Shown: positions 54,767-64,000 of the stretch, one piece after another | How the letters are laid out: each line of letters begins with the position of its first letter | How positions within the stretch are numbered: position 1 is the first letter of the stretch | From: Acidobacteriota bacterium | Lineage (GTDB): Bacteria > Acidobacteriota > UBA890 > WLXD01 | Direction: 5' to 3' | Length of the DNA stretch: 64,000 nucleotides | Assembly: GCA_963666215.2 (NCBI GenBank) | Contig: CAXWPL010000004.1 | Coordinates: forward strand, 640,001 to 704,000 | Notes under the pieces: model-generated | Database searches by the model: none | Seen by the model: the letters and a program-made list of their open reading frames with translations, nothing else | What the model was told of the DNA's origin: nothing | Program-made: the position numbers and the translations under genes

Positions 54767-55660
54767 GTGGCAGGCATCGTCTGGCTGGCGTCGTATCCGA
54801 AGTCGGGCAACACCTGGATGCGGGCGCTTCTGGCCAACTATCTCCGCGACGCAGCCGAACCCGTGAAGATCAACGCGCTTGGCGGGAGTCCTATCGCGTC
54901 GGCGCGACAGGCGTTCGACGACAACGTCGGCGTCGAGGCTTCCGACCTGCTGCCCGACGAAATCGACCGCTACCGCCCGTTCGTTTACGAGCAAATGGCG
55001 GCCGAGAATGCAGCCCGAGACCAGCCGATCTTTCTGAAAGTGCACGATGCGTTCACCTACAACGCCGACGGTCACCCGCTGTTGTCGAAGAAGGCAACCC
55101 AAGGGGTCCTGTACCTCACGCGCAACCCGCTCGATGTAGCGGTGTCGTTCGCACATCACTCCGCGTTTGACGTGGAGACCTCCGTGAAGCGAATGGGCGA
55201 TCCCGACTTCGGCTTCGTCTCGAGCAAGAAGAGGCTCTTCAACCAGCTCGAGCAGAAGCTGCTCACCTGGAGCGGCCACGTGGGGAGCTGGCTCGACGAA
55301 CCCGGCATTGACGTCCACGTGGTGCGCTACGAGGACATGAAAGCCGACACCGTCGGCACGTTCGGCGGCGCTGTGCGCTTCTCCGGGTTGGAGTTCGACG
55401 AGGCTCGGGTCGCCAAGGCCGTCGACCACGCCAGCATCGCCCGCCTGCAGGAGCAAGAGCGGGAAGGCGGCTTCGGCGAGAAGCCCTTCGGCATGCCCGC
55501 GTTCTTCCGCCGCGGGAAGGTGGGCGATTGGCGCGACGAGCTCTCCGAGGAGCTCGTGGCAAGAGTAGTCGCCGACCACAGCACTGTGATGAGACGTCTT
55601 GGCTACCTGAACGAGGCCGGCGAGGTTACCATCGGGCCAGCGGCCCAACAGATTAACTGA
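54767..55660 (+). CDS. PAPS-dependent sulfotransferase
   Basis: 5'-PSB SYPKSGNTW, 3'-PB RNPLDVAVS and C-terminal RRGKVGDW. Confidence 0.92.
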   Translation: MAGIVWLASYPKSGNTWMRALLANYLRDAAEPVKINALGGSPIASARQAFDDNVGVEASDLLPDEIDRYRPFVYEQMAAENAARDQPIFLKVHDAFTYNADGHPLLSKKATQGVLYLTRNPLDVAVSFAHHSAFDVETSVKRMGDPDFGFVSSKKRLFNQLEQKLLTWSGHVGSWLDEPGIDVHVVRYEDMKADTVGTFGGAVRFSGLEFDEARVAKAVDHASIARLQEQEREGGFGEKPFGMPAFFRRGKVGDWRDELSEELVARVVADHSTVMRRLGYLNEAGEVTIGPAAQQIN

Positions 55661-55677
55661 CCGATCGCGACAGGCGA

Positions 55678-55983
55678 ATGAGACAAAAGATCGAGCTAGA
55701 GCTCACAAGCGTCCTGCAGCGCAACAACGAGCTCATGACCGCCGAGATGGGCGACGAGCTGGTGATGCTGCATCTGGATCAGGGCAGCTACTTTGGCCTC
55801 GACGATATTGGCAAGGAAATCTGGCTGCAGCTCAAAGAGCCTGGCTCGTTTGCCGACCTTTGCGCTCAACTACAGGCCGAATTCGATATCGACCCAGCAA
55901 CGTGCGAGGCTGACGTTCGTAAGTTCCTGACTCGCCTTGCCCGTAACAACTTGGTGACGATCGATGGGGAAGCTGTGGCATAG
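55678..55983 (+). CDS. PqqD/RRE protein (lasso B1)
   Basis: ELVMLH...YFGLDDIG..IW..L and EFDID...C..DV..FL..L. Confidence 0.92.
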   Translation: MRQKIELELTSVLQRNNELMTAEMGDELVMLHLDQGSYFGLDDIGKEIWLQLKEPGSFADLCAQLQAEFDIDPATCEADVRKFLTRLARNNLVTIDGEAVA

Positions 55984-56440
55984 GCTGCTGCGCTTCTCGC
56001 GCCGCCCCCTAAGAAACAAGTTGTTGCTACTCGAGGCGGTGACCCTGCTCGCTGTGTCGCGCCTGCTGGTACTGACGGTCCCGTTCAAGTGGATCGGCGG
56101 CCGCCTGGGCGTTGTCTACGCCGAGAGCATCGAGGAGGTCGGGCCCGAAGCCACGCGACAAGCACACGAGATTGCCTGGGCAGTGAATGCGGCGGCAAAC
56201 CACACCTACTGGACGAGCAACTGCCTGCCCCGCGCCATGACCGCGCACCACATGCTTTCGCGCCGCGGTCTGCCCACCACCGTCTACCCCGGCGCGGCCA
56301 AAGACGACACCAAGGGCATGATCGCGCACGCCTGGCTACGCTGCGGCAAACACATCCTCACGGGCGGCCCCGGTCATCGCCGCTACACCGTGGTCGCGAC
56401 CTTCGCGACGTTCGCTGACGTCACCTCGTCGACCGACTAG
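55964..56440 (+). CDS. lasso peptide leader peptidase B2 (transglutaminase-like)
   Basis: NCLPRA (Cys), L..RG and AHAWL (His). Confidence 0.9.
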   Translation: MGKLWHRLLRFSRRPLRNKLLLLEAVTLLAVSRLLVLTVPFKWIGGRLGVVYAESIEEVGPEATRQAHEIAWAVNAAANHTYWTSNCLPRAMTAHHMLSRRGLPTTVYPGAAKDDTKGMIAHAWLRCGKHILTGGPGHRRYTVVATFATFADVTSSTD

Positions 56441-56479
56441 TCGCCCAGCCGCTTCCGACGACCTTCCAATGAGTGTCTG

Positions 56480-58378
56480 ATGAGCGCCATCTGCGGCTTG
56501 CTGCGGCTCGACGGGGAGCCTACCGACCCCGCACGACTGAAGGCCGCAATGCGGGTAATGGCGCGCTACGGGCCCGACGGTTCGGGCACCTGGAGTGAAG
56601 GTGCCGTGGCGCTCGGTCACCAGATGCACCGGCTTGTCCCGGAGTCGGCAACAGAGGTGCAACCGCACACGCTGCCCGAGCCGGGTTTGACGATTACAGC
56701 CGCTGCGCGAATCGACAATCGCGAAGAGCTCGCGGAGGCTTTCGGAATCGATGCGGCCATGGCTGCCGAGTGGCCCGACGCGCGCTACATCCTGTCCGCC
56801 TACGAGCGCTGGGGAATTGACTGCGTTCCGCGGCTACTCGGCGACTTCGCCTTCGCTCTATGGGATGGCCGCCAGCGTCGATTGTTGCTGGCTCGCGACT
56901 TCGCGGGCATCAGACCGCTGTACTACGCCGCCGACGACAAGCGCGTGAGCTTCGCATCGGACGTCCACGGAGCGCTGGAGGTCGCGGCGCTTCCGCCCCA
57001 TCTCGATTTGCGCGCCCTGCGCGAGCAACTCGGCTACGGCTCGCTGCACGACAACGTGCGGACGTTCTTCGAAGGCCTGCACAAGTTGCCTCCGGGGCAC
57101 TGGCTGGTGGCGGACGCGTCGGGCGTCAAGACACGCCGCTATTGGCGGCCGAGCGACGTGCCCCGAGTGCGAGTTACTAGCGATCGCGACGCCGTAGAGC
57201 ACATTCTCGATCTGGTGAACAAGGCAGTGCGCTCCTGCACCCGCTGTTCTCGACCTGTTGGCGCGCACGCCAGCGGCGGGCTCGACTCGTCGACGCTGGC
57301 GGTGCTCAGCGCGCGCATCTTGGGTGAGTCCGGACGTTCGCTCACCGCGATCAACTGGGCGCCACCCTTCGGCGAAGATGATCTGCCGCTCACCGACGAG
57401 CGCGCGCTGGTCGAGGCCATCGCCGCCGCCGAGGGAAACATCGACCCCTGCTACACACCGCTCACGGCCGACGATCTGGCCAACGACCGGTGCTCCGACA
57501 TCACGCTGCACCCGCACTCCACCTTGCGCTGGGAAAGTCGCGCCTGCCCCGAGGCCGCAGCGCGCGGCGTGCGCGTGGTGCTTTCGGGCTGGGGTGGCGA
57601 CGAGACCATCGCGTTCAACGGCCGGGGGTTCTTCTCTGACCTCGCCCGTCGGGGCCGCTGGATCCGACTCGCACGCGAGCTGCGTGAACGCTCGCGCCTT
57701 CACCCGGTGGAGTACTGGGGTCTTCGCGGCAAGGTTCTCATTCCGCTGATGCCCGACTGGGCGGTCGCGCGCTGGACGCCGCGCCGCGGTGCTCGCCTCA
57801 AGCCTCTACCGAGCTGTCTTTCGCCCGAGCTCACCGAGCTGATACGCGACATTGAACCGCCCACCAAGACCGGTCGAGAGAGGCCCGGTCGACGACGGAT
57901 GCAAGAGACGCTGCTCAACAACGGCCATCTCAACGGGCGCTGCGAGTCGTGGAATGACTACGGTGCCAACCACGGCATCGAGTACCGCTTCCCGGTGCTC
58001 GATCGCCGCGTGGTCGAGTTCGCCCTTGGCGCGCCGGACTGGTTGTTCTTCAAGAACGGATGGAAGCGCTACGCCTTCCGCAAAGCCATGGAGGGACTCG
58101 TGCCGGCCGACGCACAGTGGCGCAAACGCAAGAACGACCCGGCCATGATCAAGCACACGGGCCCGCTGATGGAGCCCGCGGAGGTGATCCATCGTCAGCG
58201 TCTCGAGGCCCGAGAAAGCGCCATCCGTGCCGCCGGCCTGCTCAACTACGACGCCCTCGTCAAGGACTTGGACGCCGACGAGGTCGAGGCGGAAGATCGC
58301 CAAGCCGGGGCGCCGCCACGACGCGCCGGGACGCAACAAGCCGCCTGGCTCGCATTCGCCACCGGGACGCTGCCGTAG
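56480..58378 (+). CDS. lasso peptide cyclase (asparagine-synthetase-like)
   Basis: N-terminus MSAICG lacks the Ntn Cys nucleophile; SGGLDSS, SGWGGDE and P.LDRRVVEF; adjacent to B1 and B2. Confidence 0.9.
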   Translation: MSAICGLLRLDGEPTDPARLKAAMRVMARYGPDGSGTWSEGAVALGHQMHRLVPESATEVQPHTLPEPGLTITAAARIDNREELAEAFGIDAAMAAEWPDARYILSAYERWGIDCVPRLLGDFAFALWDGRQRRLLLARDFAGIRPLYYAADDKRVSFASDVHGALEVAALPPHLDLRALREQLGYGSLHDNVRTFFEGLHKLPPGHWLVADASGVKTRRYWRPSDVPRVRVTSDRDAVEHILDLVNKAVRSCTRCSRPVGAHASGGLDSSTLAVLSARILGESGRSLTAINWAPPFGEDDLPLTDERALVEAIAAAEGNIDPCYTPLTADDLANDRCSDITLHPHSTLRWESRACPEAAARGVRVVLSGWGGDETIAFNGRGFFSDLARRGRWIRLARELRERSRLHPVEYWGLRGKVLIPLMPDWAVARWTPRRGARLKPLPSCLSPELTELIRDIEPPTKTGRERPGRRRMQETLLNNGHLNGRCESWNDYGANHGIEYRFPVLDRRVVEFALGAPDWLFFKNGWKRYAFRKAMEGLVPADAQWRKRKNDPAMIKHTGPLMEPAEVIHRQRLEARESAIRAAGLLNYDALVKDLDADEVEAEDRQAGAPPRRAGTQQAAWLAFATGTLP

Positions 58379-58486
58379 TGTCGCCAGGGCCGGCCTGGTG
58401 GGGCTAGTGACTCGGGCATCGGAAGTTGCCAGCCCGGCGAGCGGCAAGCTCGACTCTCTATCTCACGCCTCAGACGTTGCGGAACC

Positions 58487-59914
58487 ATGACAGACACTCC
58501 GATCGTCACCATCGTTGGTGGCGGCATGGCCGGCTCCGAGGCCACCTGGCAGCTCGCCAAGCGCGGCATCCGTGTGCGGCTCTACGAGATGCGACCCGTG
58601 GTCGGCACGCCGGTGCATCAGAGCAGCGATCTGGCCGAGATGGTGTGCAGCAACTCGCTGCGATCCGACGGAATCGACAACGCCATCGGGCTGCTCCACG
58701 AGGAGATGCGGCGCCTCGATTCGCTCTTTCTGACAACAGCCGACGCCAACCGAGTGCCGGCCGGAAAGGCGCTGGCCGTTGATCGGGCGCGGTTCGCCCG
58801 TGCAATCACCTCCGCGATCGAAGCGCTGCCGAACGTTGAGGTGGTCCGCGAAGAGGTCGCCGCGATCCCCGAGGGGCCGTGCATCTTGGCTACCGGTCCG
58901 CTGACGTCGGAATCGCTGGGAGAATCGATCCGCGAGTTCACCGGCTCCGACGATCTCTATTTCTACGACGCGATCTCGCCCATTGTGCGCGCCGAAAGCA
59001 TTGACGAGTCGCGAGTCTTCAGGGCCAGCCGCTACGGCAAGGGGGGCGACGACTACCTCAACTGCCCGATGTCGCGCGAGGAGTACGACCGTTTCTACGA
59101 GGCGATGATGGCGGCCGAGCTGCTCGAGCTGCCCGACTTCGAGCGCGGCCTGTTTTTCGAGGGCTGCCTGCCGATCGAGGAGATCGGCAGTCGTGGGCCC
59201 CAGACGCTGACCTTTGGACCCATGAAACCCGTGGGTCTCATCGACCCGCGCACCGGCAAGCGCCCCTACGCGGTCGTGCAGTTGCGCCAGGACGACATCG
59301 CCGCCGAGCACTACTCGCTGGTCGGCTTCCAGACGCGCATGAAGTGGGGTGATCAGGAACGCGTGCTGCGCCTGATCCCCGGCCTCGAGCAGGCCGAGTT
59401 CGTGCGCCTGGGCGTCGTACACCGAAATACCTACATCAACGCTCCGCGTGTGCTGTCGGAAACGCTGCAGTCGCGAGCGCGTAGCGACCTCTTTTTTGCC
59501 GGGCAGATCGCCGGCACCGAAGGTTACGTGGAGTCGGCCGCCGGAGGCCTGCTGGCGGGGATTTACTGCGGCATGATGCTGCTGGATCGAGAGATTACGC
59601 CTGTGCCGCGCCTGACCGCTCTGGGCTCTCTCGCCTTCTATATCAGCCACGCACGCGCTATCGATTATCAGCCAGCCAACATAACCTTTGGAATCATGCC
59701 GGAATTGGAGCCCTCGATCGTGCAAGCTTCAAGGGAGATGCGCGGTCGACGGGGTCGCAAGGCTCGACGTGAAGCCATCTCGCTGCGCGCCCTCGACGCG
59801 CTCAGCGAGTGGATCGATGAGGCCGGTCCGCGACTCGGATTGCAACAGCCTGAGGCAAGAGAGCCCGCGCCAAGCATGTCGAGCGGCGCGGACACGGTGC
59901 GAGGTAGCCAATGA
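58487..59914 (+). CDS. trmFO: folate/FAD-dependent tRNA m5U54 methyltransferase
   Basis: GGGMAGSEA, AEMVCSNS, FFEGCLP, VGFQT and AGQIAGTEGY. Confidence 0.96.
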   Translation: MTDTPIVTIVGGGMAGSEATWQLAKRGIRVRLYEMRPVVGTPVHQSSDLAEMVCSNSLRSDGIDNAIGLLHEEMRRLDSLFLTTADANRVPAGKALAVDRARFARAITSAIEALPNVEVVREEVAAIPEGPCILATGPLTSESLGESIREFTGSDDLYFYDAISPIVRAESIDESRVFRASRYGKGGDDYLNCPMSREEYDRFYEAMMAAELLELPDFERGLFFEGCLPIEEIGSRGPQTLTFGPMKPVGLIDPRTGKRPYAVVQLRQDDIAAEHYSLVGFQTRMKWGDQERVLRLIPGLEQAEFVRLGVVHRNTYINAPRVLSETLQSRARSDLFFAGQIAGTEGYVESAAGGLLAGIYCGMMLLDREITPVPRLTALGSLAFYISHARAIDYQPANITFGIMPELEPSIVQASREMRGRRGRKARREAISLRALDALSEWIDEAGPRLGLQQPEAREPAPSMSSGADTVRGSQ

Positions 59915-60552
59915 GGAAGCACGTCCGACCGTCCGTTCTGCTGTTCGCCGCCGTGGCTCTTCTGGTGTCACTCGGCTACGTCGTCTTCCCACACGCCGAC
60001 GTCCACACCGAAGGCGGCGCGGAGAGCTTCGCGCCCGCGCCTGAGTTCTTCCTCACGCGACTCGACGGCAGCACGCTGAGCTCGGCCGACCTCAAGGGCA
60101 AGGTGGTTGTTCTCGATTTTTGGGCCACCTGGTGCGCCCCGTGCTGGACCGAGATTCCAAAATACAGCGAGCTCTACGACGAGTACGGCGAGCGCGGCTT
60201 CGAGGTGCTCGGTGTGACGCTGCAGTCGGGCAGCGCCGACCACGTCAGGGAGTGGCTCGACGAGACCCACGTGCTGGGCAGCATGGAGCTCGATCCGACG
60301 TATCCCATCCTTATGGGCAACGCCGAGATCGAGGCCGAATACGGCCCCATCTACGGCTTCCCCTACACCTTTCTGATCGACCCCGACTGGCGCCTCCGGA
60401 TGACCTGGCGCGGCGCGGTCCCCTCGAAGGCCGAGGACATCCGCGAGATGCTGGAGGAGCTGCTTCCGCCGCCGGCCGCAACGAGCGGCATCATCGGAGA
60501 GGCGATCGCGCCGCCGACGGCCGACGATTCGAACGCTCCGTCTACCCCCTGA
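59911..60552 (+). CDS. TlpA/ResA-family thiol-disulfide oxidoreductase
   Basis: N-terminal TM anchor; DFWATWCAPC; P.TFLID. Confidence 0.9.
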   Translation: MRKHVRPSVLLFAAVALLVSLGYVVFPHADVHTEGGAESFAPAPEFFLTRLDGSTLSSADLKGKVVVLDFWATWCAPCWTEIPKYSELYDEYGERGFEVLGVTLQSGSADHVREWLDETHVLGSMELDPTYPILMGNAEIEAEYGPIYGFPYTFLIDPDWRLRMTWRGAVPSKAEDIREMLEELLPPPAATSGIIGEAIAPPTADDSNAPSTP

Positions 60553-61697
60553 TCCTACTGAGCGACCTGAGCGACCTCACGGGTTCTGCGCGCCTCGAGC
60601 ACAAGGGCGAGTTTCTCGACGCGATGCGCCTCGAGGCCGCGGCGTCCGGCCATACGCTGCGGGCCTATGGCAACGACCTCGATCAGTTCGCCGGCTTTCT
60701 GCACGCCTGGCTCACGGGCGTCGACTGCAGCTATCGCGGGTTGCGAGGCAGATCCCCGGGCGCAGGGCGGGACGACGAGCCGGCTACGAACGAAGCCGGG
60801 GCGCTGACGCTCATCGGGCCCGACCAGATCAGCACGGACGCGGTACGAGCCTGGGCCGGGCGCATGCACGAGGCAGATCTCGCGGCTGTGACGATTGCCC
60901 GCAAGCTAGCGGCGGTGCGCTCGTTCGGCGCCTTCCTGTGCCGCTCTGAGCTGCTCGCGGCGAACCCGGCGCGTTCTGTACGCAACCCGAAAACACCCCA
61001 GGACCTGCCAACGTTCCTGACTGAGCGCGAAGCCGAGAACCTGCTGGCCTTCGCGGCTGACACGCCGCTTGGCGTGCGCGACCGTGCCGCGCTCGAGCTG
61101 CTCTACGCCACCGGGCTACGCGCCAGCGAGCTCTGCGGATTGAAGCTCGCGGACGTCGACCTCGACGGCCGCCTGGTACGAGCGCTCGGCAAGGGCAACG
61201 CTGAACGCATTGTCCCGTTCGGTCGACACGCCGAAGACGCCGTCCGCGCCTACCTGCCGGTGCGCGATGATTGGCTCGCCGTCACGGAAATGAACCGGTC
61301 GCCCGGAGCCGACGACCCGGTGAGGGATGCAGTGGCGGGCAGCGCAACGCCGAGTGATGTGCACGACGCCACGGCCGATGCCCGGTTCGCGCTCTTCTTG
61401 AGCCCACGCGGCGATCGTCTGTCGACCGATGGCCTTCGGCGGCTACTGCAACGGCGTCTACAAGAGAGCTCGGTAGCCAAGCACGTCACGCCGCACGCCC
61501 TGCGTCACTCCTTCGCCACCCATCTGCTCAACGCTGGCGCCGACCTGCGCGCCATTCAGGAGCTCCTCGGCCACGCCTCGCTGGCCACCACCCAGCGCTA
61601 CACACACGTTTCCACGGCACGGCTCAAAGAGGTCCATCGCGCTGCGCATCCGCGCTCTCGCCGCGCCTCGAGCGGGCCAGCCGAAAACGGCTCCTAG
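60549..61697 (+). CDS. xerC: tyrosine recombinase XerC
   Basis: TLRAY..DL, LYATGLR, GKG..ER, HALRHSFATH and LLGHASLATTQRY; trmFO-xerC-hslV context; start uncertain (60549-60624). Confidence 0.88.
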   Translation: MILLSDLSDLTGSARLEHKGEFLDAMRLEAAASGHTLRAYGNDLDQFAGFLHAWLTGVDCSYRGLRGRSPGAGRDDEPATNEAGALTLIGPDQISTDAVRAWAGRMHEADLAAVTIARKLAAVRSFGAFLCRSELLAANPARSVRNPKTPQDLPTFLTEREAENLLAFAADTPLGVRDRAALELLYATGLRASELCGLKLADVDLDGRLVRALGKGNAERIVPFGRHAEDAVRAYLPVRDDWLAVTEMNRSPGADDPVRDAVAGSATPSDVHDATADARFALFLSPRGDRLSTDGLRRLLQRRLQESSVAKHVTPHALRHSFATHLLNAGADLRAIQELLGHASLATTQRYTHVSTARLKEVHRAAHPRSRRASSGPAENGS

Positions 61698-61769
61698 ATC
61701 CTCGCCGCGATCGATCGTTCTGCTTCGCCGGCGCAGAGCCCAGCCATGACACGCTGTTACAATCGCCGC

Positions 61770-62336
61770 ATGCTCCAATGTCAGCCCTCGTCGGTCATCC
61801 GCTCCACCACGGTCTGCTGTGTGCGCCATGGCGATGCCGTGGCGATGGGATCCGACGGCCAGGTGACGCTCAACCACACCATCATGAAGGCCGGCGCGCG
61901 CAAGGTTCGGCGCATGTTCGATGATCGAGTGCTCGCCGGTTTCGCCGGCTCGTCGGCCGATGGACTGGCGCTGTTCTCGCGCTTCGAGTCGAGACTGAAG
62001 GAATACGGTGGCAACCTGCGGCGCGCGGCGGTTGAGCTCGCGCAGGACTGGCGCACCGACAAGAGCTTGCGGCAACTCGAGGCGCTGCTGATCGTGGCCG
62101 ATGCGGAGACGTCGGTCTTGGTGTCGGGTACCGGTGACGTTATCGAGCCGGACGACGGGATTCTGGTGATCGGGTCGGGGGGGTCGGTGGCGCTGGCGTC
62201 GGCACGCACATTGCTGCGACACACCGACTACGATGCGGAGCGCATTGTGCGTGAGGCGCTGACGACGGCGGCCGAGATCGACATCTACACCAATTCGAAT
62301 ATCCATGTGGAAACACTGAGCGTCGGGTTGTCATAG
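61770..62336 (+). CDS. hslV: HslV protease subunit
   Basis: STTV, DGQVT, AGFAGS.AD, WRTDK.LR.LEA, IGSGG and IYTN. Confidence 0.96.
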   Translation: MLQCQPSSVIRSTTVCCVRHGDAVAMGSDGQVTLNHTIMKAGARKVRRMFDDRVLAGFAGSSADGLALFSRFESRLKEYGGNLRRAAVELAQDWRTDKSLRQLEALLIVADAETSVLVSGTGDVIEPDDGILVIGSGGSVALASARTLLRHTDYDAERIVREALTTAAEIDIYTNSNIHVETLSVGLS

Positions 62337-62426
62337 GAGCCCTGCCAGAGAGAGCTCGCTGCGAGCACGGGAGCCGCCGCCGCATGCGGTCGTCCATCCG
62401 GGCGCACCTCACCAGACTCATCGATC

Positions 62427-63923
62427 ATGGTCATCTCGTTACCCGAGAAACTCGACGGCGCCGGAACAACGCCACCTATCGCCTGCGCCGACGATCTGAC
62501 GCCGCGGCAAATCGTGGCGGAGCTCGACAAGTACATCGTTGGGCAAGACGCCGCCAAGCGAGCGGTGGCGATCGCCATGCGCAACCGTTATCGACGGCTG
62601 AAGCTGACTGCGGATCTGGTTGACGAGGTTGCGCCCAAGAACATCCTGATGATCGGGCCTACCGGTGTCGGCAAAACCGAGATCTCGCGGCGCTTGTCGC
62701 GACTCACAGGTTCGCCGTTCCTCAAGGTGGAAGCAACCAAGTTCACCGAGGTCGGCTATGTGGGTCGCGACGTGGAGTCCATGGTGCGCGACCTCGTCGA
62801 GATCTCCGCCGACCTGGTACGCCAGGAACACGTGGCCGCTGTTGCGCAGAAGACGAAGGTGGCGGCCGAGGAACGGCTGCTCGACCTGCTGCTGCCGCCG
62901 GCTCCCATCCGGCCGGCGCCGCCCGTCGAGCGACCGATGTCGTCCGGTGCGGACGGGTTCCTCGACGACGCGCCCGCGGCCCCGAGTCTCGACGCCGATG
63001 ACCACGGGCCGGACCCCATGGAGAGCCGCGGCGCGCATCGCGCTACGCGCGAGAAGCTGCGGCAACAGTTGCGCCGCGGCGAGCTCAACGCGCGCTCGGT
63101 AGAGGTCCAGGTGCCCGACAACAGTGGTCCGAGCTTCCAGATCTTCTCGGGGCAAGGCGCCGAAACGATGGACGTTAGCCTCAAGGACATGCTGCCAGGC
63201 ATGTTGGGTGGCGGCGGCGGTCAGCGACGACGACGAATGCTCGTTCCGGAGGCCCTCGAGCATCTCGCACGCGAGGCTGCCGACGGGCTTATCGACGACG
63301 ACGAGGTTACCCGCGAGGCGCTCAGCCGGGCCGAGGCCTCGGGCATCATCTTTCTCGACGAGATCGACAAGGTCACGAGCCGCGAGCAGGGCCGCGGGCC
63401 CGACGTGTCGCGCGAGGGCGTACAGCGCGACATCCTGCCCATCGTCGAGGGCACGGTGGTGAAGACGCGGCACGGCATGATTCGCACCGATCACATCCTC
63501 TTTATCGCCGCCGGCGCTTTTCACGTCTCAAAGCCCAGCGACCTCATTCCTGAGCTTCAGGGACGCCTGCCGATCCGCGTGGAGCTCAACCCGCTCACTC
63601 GAGACGATCTGGCGCGCATCCTGAGCGAGCCCGAGAATTCACTGGTGCGGCAATACTGCGCGCTGCTCGCGACGGAGGGCGTTGAGGTGACCTTCACGCC
63701 GGATGCCGTGCAAGCGATCGCCGAGCTTGCCGAGCACGTGAACGAGCGCACCGAGAACATCGGCGCTCGCCGCCTCCATACGATGATGGAGCGAGTCGTC
63801 GAGGAACTGTCGTTCACTGCCCCCGAGCGTAGCGGCGAAAAGGTGACGATCGACGGCGCCGCGGTGCGTGAGGTGTTGAGCGACCTGGCCCAGGACGACG
63901 ACCTGTCGAAGTACATCCTTTGA
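62427..63923 (+). CDS. hslU: HslU ATPase subunit
   Basis: [41 protein letters not shown] and DLSKYIL. Confidence 0.97.
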   Translation: MVISLPEKLDGAGTTPPIACADDLTPRQIVAELDKYIVGQDAAKRAVAIAMRNRYRRLKLTADLVDEVAPKNILMIGPTGVGKTEISRRLSRLTGSPFLKVEATKFTEVGYVGRDVESMVRDLVEISADLVRQEHVAAVAQKTKVAAEERLLDLLLPPAPIRPAPPVERPMSSGADGFLDDAPAAPSLDADDHGPDPMESRGAHRATREKLRQQLRRGELNARSVEVQVPDNSGPSFQIFSGQGAETMDVSLKDMLPGMLGGGGGQRRRRMLVPEALEHLAREAADGLIDDDEVTREALSRAEASGIIFLDEIDKVTSREQGRGPDVSREGVQRDILPIVEGTVVKTRHGMIRTDHILFIAAGAFHVSKPSDLIPELQGRLPIRVELNPLTRDDLARILSEPENSLVRQYCALLATEGVEVTFTPDAVQAIAELAEHVNERTENIGARRLHTMMERVVEELSFTAPERSGEKVTIDGAAVREVLSDLAQDDDLSKYIL

Positions 63924-64000
63924 GGCGCCCAGAAGGCTACCGATTCCCCGCCGTGGGGCTCGGAGCCGTGAACCGGCTGTGAAACGGCTGCGCGTTCTGC

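Noticed and set aside
56480-58378. Housekeeping asparagine synthetase AsnB
   Set aside because: It lacks the N-terminal catalytic Cys and sits directly behind RRE and B2 genes.
60549-61697. Tyrosine recombinase as the integron integrase for the attC sites
   Set aside because: It has XerC-like motifs and the classic trmFO-xerC-hslV context, lies 27 kb from the cassettes, and has no adjacent attI.

Overview
This 64 kb GC-rich bacterial chromosomal window has a gene order compatible with an Acidobacteriota- or deltaproteobacteria-like organism (inference only). The housekeeping backbone comprises tRNA-Arg/Lys/Leu-tig-clpP-clpX-lon-engB-rho-rpmE-prfA-prmC, then murA, then rplU-rpmA-obgE-nadD-rsfS-rlmH-dksA-crcB-comF (minus strand), then dprA-topA-trmFO-xerC-hslV-hslU. 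Two accessory blocks interrupt it. (1) About 18 kb between prmC and murA holds an IS256 splitting a VOC gene, an Rdx/SelW-family selenoprotein missed by the ORF track (CxxU, in-frame TGA plus SECIS-like hairpin), a DEAD-box helicase, a solute symporter, rapA, several deletion-scarred pseudogenes, an IS5-family element, and integrase-less integron cassettes with a 58-bp attC. (2) About 8.2 kb between topA and trmFO holds a lasso-peptide-type RiPP cluster (RRE/B1, B2 peptidase, cyclase). Its tailoring set is unusually large: nucleotidyltransferase, GT4 glycosyltransferase, HPr-kinase-like kinase, sulfotransferase, and a PRMT-like methyltransferase with a PqqD/RRE-like tail. No precursor peptide is visible. 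The methyltransferase and kinase meet head-to-head at about 53900 with no intergenic DNA, suggesting a deletion or misassembly where the promoter and precursor would be expected. All calls come from reading the sequence and motifs; no searches were run.
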